A model generated the notes under the pieces. It was not told the origin of the DNA. It saw only the letters and a program-made list of their open reading frames with translations, and did not search any database. This document shows, piece after piece, positions 57,895 through 64,000 of a stretch of 64,000 nt of DNA. The number at the start of each line of letters is the position of its first letter. The stretch's first letter is position 1. Origin of the DNA: Clostridia bacterium (GTDB lineage: Bacteria > Bacillota > Clostridia > JAAYHZ01); the NCBI GenBank assembly GCA_050950825.1, contig JBMNIH010000002.1:384001-448000 (forward strand), read 5' to 3'. The translations under genes were made by a program, and so were the position numbers.

Positions 57895-58028
57895 TCTATT
57901 CACCTCCTTTTTATTTATCTTTTTATTTATTTTTTTAGCGCCGCAGCGCACGAAACAAGTTTAACAAATAAATCCGGCTTCTGTCAACAAAAGAAGCCGG
58001 ACACTTTTTATATAACCAATCATTCCTG

Positions 58029-60740
58029 TCATTTCTTTTCGATATTTAGAAACTTCCGTATATGGTTTCGGACCTCTATCATCTCTTCGTACTCGTAGAA
58101 GAAGAGAATCTTCTGTTCGGCAACGGTCTTGCCTTCGGGCTTGTTTCTTAAAACAAATTCCGCAAAGGTTTCGCATATGTCTTCGCTGCACTTGGTGGCG
58201 GCATACTTCGTAACAAAGGCATCGGACATCCTGTTATAGAAATCGTTGGCATTCATGTTTTCCCAATAAACAATGCAATCCGCCCAAAACCGGTTGTAAA
58301 ATGCATCTACGATGGATCCTTCCTTGAATTTCCCTCCGTTGTATCCAATGGGACGCTCTTCGGTTCCTTCGGGATCCATTTGGTTTTCGTTCAAGGTAAG
58401 AAGATGTCCGTACTCATGGATCAATACGCGAACGGTTTGGTCATAGCTACGATAATTGCCGCTTTCGTTAAATATGTCGTAGTAATCCAAAAAGCAAATA
58501 AATTCCGCCTTGTCGGTCCTTCGGTAGTTGGGCAAATCTCGTTTAATATATCCGGTTTTATTGCCTAAATAATCGGTAAACACGGCAAATCGGGAAATAT
58601 AGTCAATATCCTGAGGTCGCATAATGCCGGTAATCAAATCCCACAGCTTGGCATGAGCGGCATTGTCGGTCTCAATAATCCTTTCGGACACCGGATAAAT
58701 GGCTATGATTCGATCTTCCGGAACAAAAGGATATATGGATAAAACGTTTTTATCGAAATCGTAATCGTAATAATTCCCGTATATGGATGTCCATCCGAAT
58801 GTCGTATGAGAACGGTCTACGGGATTTCCCAACTGCCCGTAGAGTACTTCCAAAACCTTCTCCACCGATTTGTCCGTAAACCGGATTTCCACCGACTGTA
58901 ATAGGCCGAAGTAATCGTACACGAAGAAGGTATCGGTTTTCATATCGTCAAACCATTTGATGTTGTATTTCAGCTTGGTAATCCCTTCCGGATTCGGTTC
59001 GAGTTCTCCGAATATGCCCAGCTCTTCTTCTACATCCTTCACCGACTGCCTGTAAGGAAACAAAGCTCGGATGGACAAGGAAAAGGTTCTTTTGCTCATG
59101 ATGTTGTAGCCTTTGTCCAAGATACGAAGAGAAGGCGTATCCTTAGACAGCATACCGTAAAGAGCATCGGCCACAATGCGTGCCGCCTTTTTCAGGTATT
59201 CGGGATTTATATTCTCGATATTATCCTTCCGATTAAAATATTCTACCTGTATTCGATCCTGCGAAAGCTGAACGGAAGGAATGTCCGCAACGGAAAAGGT
59301 ACGATGATCCCCTACCATATCGTAATGCACATGAAGTGGTTCCCCGAACTGCCTGTAGGAGGCTCTTTCCATAAAATAGCTGACGATGTTCTTTCGGCCG
59401 TCCACGGTGTATATATTAAACCGACCTCCTTCGGCATCGGCTAGCATGTCCAAATTGATGCAGCCGATGATTTTATCCTTTGTTTTGTCATCCAATTCGG
59501 AAAGAAAAGCGTTGGAACCCACTTGGTCTTGCTTGTTTCCGCCTAATGCCACAAACCAAACCTCCAAATCGCCGGGAATGCCGACAACGGATTCCGCAAC
59601 AGCCAACAGAACCCCGATTCCGGAGCCGTTGTCGTTGGCGCCATTAGAGCCTTTGGCGGTGTCGTAGTGGGCGGTAACCAATAATATTTCATCTGCAGGT
59701 GCGGGTGCATGTTTTTTTGCAATAATATTTCGGGACGTGCCGTACCAGTTGCCGTTTCGTACTTCGATTTCCGCATAGACCTTCACGTTGTTTTTCACAA
59801 TTTCACGAAGCTCCGTGATATGGGATCTGTCCACTCCGATGGCCAATACCTTGTCTTCTTCATACAGCCCGTACATGATATTTTCATAGGCTTCCCCCAG
59901 CATGATAACGGCCAAAGCTCCGCTTTCGGCAATCAGGTCCAGGTATTGATAGAACAAATAATTATATGTATCAATGATAACAATTTTGTCTTTGTAGTCG
60001 GTGGCTTCGTCATACCAGACCAATTGGCCTTTCACGTATCCGTTTTTTGAATTCATAACCACGGAGGTTTCGAATCCTTTGCCGGGAATTCCGATAAGCT
60101 GCAGCCGGTTCACCGTAGGTATCTCTATTAAATAATTTCCGTATATACGGAAGGATTGTTGTTCTACGGTATAACCCATTCCTCTAAATCGGTCGTACAA
60201 GTAGTCCGCCGTATCGTTTTCGTTCTTCGTTCCGGCAAGCCGCTCCTTGCCGGCAATGGAACGAATATGGTCCAGGATTTTGTATTCGTCGATCCGATTC
60301 AACACCCTCACATTGACCAGATCCACCACAGGCTTTTTCTTCAAAATATCTTGGTTTTGAACGTATTCCACTCCCATGACATTCAAGAATAAATACAAAG
60401 GAGCATAGGTACTGCCGTCAATGATTTCCGGTGCACGAATCAAGGGCACTGTTCCGTTTTTAGTGACACATTCCCTGCTACCCGGCTTCACCACATAGAC
60501 GGCGTTGTTTCCGGTAATGATGACGCTGCGGTCCGTTTCGACCCAAAATACGTCGTAGCCCAACAACTCGCAGGTGGTGCGCAACGGTAAATAGATTTCG
60601 CCTTGGATCTCTTTTTGTCCTACCGCGAAAATGTCCCCGTTAGCATTTTGGACTTTAAATATCCTTTGTTCCGCTTTTACAGGTATAGGGATTAAGGTAA
60701 TGATACAAATAGATAATAACAAAGAAAGAAACCTTTTCAA
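58029..60740 (-). CDS. Secreted protein: copper-amine-oxidase N-domain, degenerate M28/PA peptidase and C-terminal zincin
   Basis: YLPLR..ELLGY.V.W; AHYD, GANDNGSG, NLDM; HEYGH..ED..ETF; TTG 60740 after AGGAGG (track 60758). Confidence 0.8.
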   Translation of the reverse strand: MKRFLSLLLSICIITLIPIPVKAEQRIFKVQNANGDIFAVGQKEIQGEIYLPLRTTCELLGYDVFWVETDRSVIITGNNAVYVVKPGSRECVTKNGTVPLIRAPEIIDGSTYAPLYLFLNVMGVEYVQNQDILKKKPVVDLVNVRVLNRIDEYKILDHIRSIAGKERLAGTKNENDTADYLYDRFRGMGYTVEQQSFRIYGNYLIEIPTVNRLQLIGIPGKGFETSVVMNSKNGYVKGQLVWYDEATDYKDKIVIIDTYNYLFYQYLDLIAESGALAVIMLGEAYENIMYGLYEEDKVLAIGVDRSHITELREIVKNNVKVYAEIEVRNGNWYGTSRNIIAKKHAPAPADEILLVTAHYDTAKGSNGANDNGSGIGVLLAVAESVVGIPGDLEVWFVALGGNKQDQVGSNAFLSELDDKTKDKIIGCINLDMLADAEGGRFNIYTVDGRKNIVSYFMERASYRQFGEPLHVHYDMVGDHRTFSVADIPSVQLSQDRIQVEYFNRKDNIENINPEYLKKAARIVADALYGMLSKDTPSLRILDKGYNIMSKRTFSLSIRALFPYRQSVKDVEEELGIFGELEPNPEGITKLKYNIKWFDDMKTDTFFVYDYFGLLQSVEIRFTDKSVEKVLEVLYGQLGNPVDRSHTTFGWTSIYGNYYDYDFDKNVLSIYPFVPEDRIIAIYPVSERIIETDNAAHAKLWDLITGIMRPQDIDYISRFAVFTDYLGNKTGYIKRDLPNYRRTDKAEFICFLDYYDIFNESGNYRSYDQTVRVLIHEYGHLLTLNENQMDPEGTEERPIGYNGGKFKEGSIVDAFYNRFWADCIVYWENMNANDFYNRMSDAFVTKYAATKCSEDICETFAEFVLRNKPEGKTVAEQKILFFYEYEEMIEVRNHIRKFLNIEKK

Positions 60741-60798
60741 CTTTTCCCCTCCTAACATGCCTAAGGCATCCGTTTTGCTTTTTTGCTTTTTACCTCTA

Positions 60799-61431
60799 CT
60801 ACTCTACTTCCTCGGTAAAATAAGTGTCGATCAGTTTTTCCGCCATGGTCTTTCTCATATAGGCTTGAAGCACGAGATCGACAACCAAAAGCAGCACCTG
60901 AAAAGGTTTTTGCCATTCAAGATCCATGCCTTCGATTTTTTCCGTCATGCTCGCCATATCGGCTTGAAATGCATTTTTTTCCGCTTCCTCAAAACGAATA
61001 AAGGTTTCATACATTTTATCGATAAAATCATGATCGGAATCTTCGCCGACGCGTTTTCCCCCTGCTTTCGCGTCTTTTTCATCCGCAGATTTTATTCTAT
61101 CCGACAGCGGTTTTAAAATGGCTTTTATATCGTTAATGGATAATACTTGCTTTAAGTAATAAATCATGATGAGCATTTTCATATGATTTCTGGTGTATTT
61201 TTTCAGGACAGGCGGAAAAAGAATGCCTTCTTTCGTATAGTTGTTAATCATGGTTTTGGTCAACATTTTATCTTCGTCGTTTCTTTTTAAGCTGCCTAAT
61301 CGATTCTCGATAAACGTGGTAACCTGGTCCACGTACAAATCGATATCCGGTATGGAATCCGGATCTATGGATTTGCATCCGAAGGTTTCTTCAAATATTT
61401 TGATAATTTCGTTTCTGTCAAAATTCGTCAT
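60799..61431 (-). CDS. DUF1836 family protein
   Basis: IPDIDLYVDQV, LTKTMINNYTK, PP..KKY...H, LK.VLSI.DI. Confidence 0.92.
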   Translation of the reverse strand: MTNFDRNEIIKIFEETFGCKSIDPDSIPDIDLYVDQVTTFIENRLGSLKRNDEDKMLTKTMINNYTKEGILFPPVLKKYTRNHMKMLIMIYYLKQVLSINDIKAILKPLSDRIKSADEKDAKAGGKRVGEDSDHDFIDKMYETFIRFEEAEKNAFQADMASMTEKIEGMDLEWQKPFQVLLLVVDLVLQAYMRKTMAEKLIDTYFTEEVE

Positions 61432-61551
61432 TAATTATAACCTCTAAATGTTGGTGACGGTAACATTATACATCATAGGTATTGAATTCGCAATAAAGTA
61501 CCGCGAATGGAATAAAAATTATCCGGATTCTATTTTCTTCTTATCTATCTA

Positions 61552-61613
61552 TTGACGTTTTATTCTCCAAGTTATATAATTTCACTATTAAATCACATAG
61601 TATTCATTACTAC
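61552..61613 (+). promoter_or_regulatory. Sigma-A promoter of SGNH gene with downstream inverted repeat
   Basis: TTGACG, 17 bp, TATAAT; TAGTA-N5-TACTA at 61598-61612. Confidence 0.6.
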
Positions 61614-61637
61614 TTGTTATGTTAAGGAGGTCTGCTT

Positions 61638-62360
61638 ATGAATCTACAGTCCGGCGAACCAAACGTAAAAATACTCCTTTACGGAGATTCCATTGCGAAA
61701 GGAATCGTGTTTGACGAAAGTTCAAATAAATATACGAAAGAAAAAGACTGCTTTTTTAATATCTTGTCTTCCAAATTAAAGGCAACGATCGAAAACGTTT
61801 CAAAGTTCGGAAATACATTAATACGTGCCAATCGAAAATTCGACGAAGAGCTTGCCAAAATCAAACCGGACATGACCATGATTGAATTCGGCGGAAACGA
61901 TTGCGATTTCGATTGGGACAAGGTAGCACAAGACCCGAAGGCTCCCCATTTACCCCATACTCCTCCGGAAGAGTTTGAATCCCTCTTGTCAAACTTTATA
62001 TTACGCATGCAAAAGCAGAACATAATGCCTCTTCTTCTTACCATGCCTCCTATCGACCCTTTTCGCTACTTTAAGTGGATATGCAAAGGGAAATCCTCAT
62101 ACGAAGAAAACATTTTGACCTTTTTGGGCTCGGAACATACCATATACCGCTGGCATGAAAAATACAATTTGATGATTTTGGAACAAGCGTCCTTACACCG
62201 CGTTCCTGTTGTGGATATTCGAAAAGCTTTTTTGTCGCACTTGGATATTCAAAATTATTTATGCCAAGACGGTATACATCCGAACGGCAAAGGCCATAAG
62301 CTCATTGCCGATACGGTATTCCGGTTTATGAAATCTCGTTTTCCCCAATTGGTTTTATAA
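61638..62360 (+). CDS. SGNH/GDSL hydrolase
   Basis: GDSI, EFGGND, DGIHPN..GH. Confidence 0.92.
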   Translation: MNLQSGEPNVKILLYGDSIAKGIVFDESSNKYTKEKDCFFNILSSKLKATIENVSKFGNTLIRANRKFDEELAKIKPDMTMIEFGGNDCDFDWDKVAQDPKAPHLPHTPPEEFESLLSNFILRMQKQNIMPLLLTMPPIDPFRYFKWICKGKSSYEENILTFLGSEHTIYRWHEKYNLMILEQASLHRVPVVDIRKAFLSHLDIQNYLCQDGIHPNGKGHKLIADTVFRFMKSRFPQLVL

Positions 62361-62431
62361 CGGATCCTTGTAAAATCGTGTTATATATTCTCATAATTGG
62401 AACATAATATCATTTGAAGGAGGTGTGGAAA

Positions 62432-62605
62432 ATGGCAAGAATCTTTCGCAGCGATTCGCGAATTATCTGCGATGTATACGAATGCCAATACTGTTCACCG
62501 GAAAACCGGTGTACGGCAAAAAGGATCCATGTAAAGCCTAGAAATTCTTTGACAAGAGACGATAATGATTGTGTAACCTTTACGCCGAGAAATATACGGA
62601 TATAA
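62432..62605 (+). CDS. DUF1540 family small Cys-rich protein
   Basis: AAGGAGG RBS; I.C.V..C.Y....C.A..I.V...C.TF. Confidence 0.8.
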   Translation: MARIFRSDSRIICDVYECQYCSPENRCTAKRIHVKPRNSLTRDDNDCVTFTPRNIRI

Positions 62606-62697
62606 AAGCAAAAAAATTAATTTTCACTACGGTTCGGCTTGTGATATAATACTTTTTTAAAAAGTACAAAAAAAAGGCTGGCAGTGAAGAAAAGAAT

Positions 62698-64000
62698 ATG
62701 ATCAATAACGAAGTAAATAGAAGAAGAACATTCGCCATTATATCGCATCCGGACGCAGGAAAAACCACATTAACAGAAAAACTGCTGCTGTACGGAGGCG
62801 CCATACGTATGGCGGGTTCGGTAAAGGCTCGAAAAGCGGCAAAATATGCCGTATCCGATTGGATGGAAATCGAAAGACAAAGAGGTATATCCGTAACCTC
62901 CAGTGTGATGCAGTTTCAATACGACAATTTCTGCATCAATATTTTGGATACACCGGGTCACCAGGATTTCAGCGAAGACACATATCGTACCTTAATGGCG
63001 GCGGACAGCGCCGTTATGTTGATTGACGGCGCCAAAGGGGTGGAACCTCAAACCATCAAGCTGTTTCATGTTTGCAGAATGAGAGGAATTCCCATTTTCA
63101 CCTTTATCAATAAATTGGACCGTGCCATCAAAGACCCCTTTGAGTTGATGGACGAGTTGGAAGAGGTTTTGGGCATTCATTCCTACCCCATCAATTGGCC
63201 CATCGGTACGGACGGGGACTTCAAAGGCATTTACGACCGCTCCTCCGGTCAAATATTGTTATTTGAAGGCGGTCAGCACGGGCAAACCTTTGTAAAATCC
63301 GTATCCGGAAGCTTGGATGATCCCATTTTCAAAGAAACCTTAGGCGATTATTATTACAACCGTTTGTGCGAAGAGCTGGAGCTTTTGGACGGTGCAGGGG
63401 AAAATTTCAGTTTGGAAGCCGTATTAAAGGGGCAATTGACACCCGTATACTTCGGCAGTGCCATGACCAATTTCGGGGTAAAGCCTTTTCTTGAAAGCTT
63501 TTTGGAAATGGCTCCTCCTCCCTCGGACCGAAAAGCCGGGGATACGGTTATCAAGGCCACGGACGAGTTTTTCTCCGCTTTTATATTCAAAATCCAAGCG
63601 AATATGAATCCCGCCCACCGAGACCGATTGGCATTTGCACGAATTTGCTCCGGGAAATTTATAAAAGGCATGAACGTATATCATGTACAAGGAAAGAAAG
63701 AAATCAAGCTCGCCCAACCGCAGCAGTTGATGGCACAGGATCGGGTTACGGTGGAGGAAGCTTTTGCGGGAGATATTATCGGGCTTTTTGACCCGGGCAT
63801 CTTCAATATCGGGGATACGCTGACGACCGGGGACAAAAACATTGCATTCGACCCCATACCCATGTTCCCTTCGGAAATTTTCTGCAAGGTTGCAGCCAAA
63901 GACTCCATGAAAAGAAAGCAATTTATCAAGGGCATGAACCAGCTTTCCGAAGAAGGTACCGTACAGATATTCAAAAAGATCGATATCGGTATCGAAGAGC
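62698..64000 (+). CDS. prfC: Peptide chain release factor 3 (runs off window end)
   Basis: Not in ORF track. RRTFAIISHPDAGKTTLTEKLLL, SDWMEIE..RGISV, DTPGHQDFSEDTYR, FINKLDR. Confidence 0.97.
   Translation, partial: MINNEVNRRRTFAIISHPDAGKTTLTEKLLLYGGAIRMAGSVKARKAAKYAVSDWMEIERQRGISVTSSVMQFQYDNFCINILDTPGHQDFSEDTYRTLMAADSAVMLIDGAKGVEPQTIKLFHVCRMRGIPIFTFINKLDRAIKDPFELMDELEEVLGIHSYPINWPIGTDGDFKGIYDRSSGQILLFEGGQHGQTFVKSVSGSLDDPIFKETLGDYYYNRLCEELELLDGAGENFSLEAVLKGQLTPVYFGSAMTNFGVKPFLESFLEMAPPPSDRKAGDTVIKATDEFFSAFIFKIQANMNPAHRDRLAFARICSGKFIKGMNVYHVQGKKEIKLAQPQQLMAQDRVTVEEAFAGDIIGLFDPGIFNIGDTLTTGDKNIAFDPIPMFPSEIFCKVAAKDSMKRKQFIKGMNQLSEEGTVQIFKKIDIGIEE

Noticed and set aside
62380-62409. Sigma-G/F-like promoter before the DUF1540 gene
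   Set aside because: The match (GTTATA-17-CATAATA) is too degenerate to call.
1-64000. Many antisense or nested ORFs (e.g. 10351-11100, 45361-45993, 49230-49997, 63424-63921); CRISPR, tRNA, rRNA, IS and prophage
   Set aside because: The nested ORFs shadow well-supported genes and show no motifs; no arrays, RNA genes or mobile-element genes were seen by eye.

Overview
Chromosomal window from a Firmicutes bacterium, most likely Clostridia. This is inferred from GGAGG ribosome-binding sites, consensus sigma-A promoters and clostridial gene families (CD3324/Mor, DUF1836, DUF1540, zf-trcl, copper-amine-oxidase N-terminal domain). Housekeeping blocks are rpsB-tsf-pyrH-frr, lysA, infC, priA with def-fmt-yugP-rsmB-rlmN, and a partial prfC. 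They are interleaved with catabolic genes (three Gfo/Idh/MocA oxidoreductases, two heparinase II/III-like proteins, two UroD-family proteins, xylB, M20, PHP and amidohydrolase genes), an ArsR/SmtB-P1B-ATPase metal module, cell-surface genes and a partly decayed two-component region. I saw no rRNA, tRNA, CRISPR array, transposase or integrase. The best leads are: (1) a self-contained operon of a Ddl-like ATP-grasp ligase and a lysine 2,3-aminomutase, suggesting an uncharacterised beta-lysine ligation pathway; (2) a heavily structured leader with two short upstream ORFs in front of a CD3324/Mor regulator; (3) a WxL-like gene whose C-terminal motif lies in the -1 frame; (4) a stand-alone infC with an ATT start and a near-leaderless in-frame ATG; (5) a dead M28 peptidase fused to an intact zincin. 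All calls come from reading motifs by eye; no searches were run.
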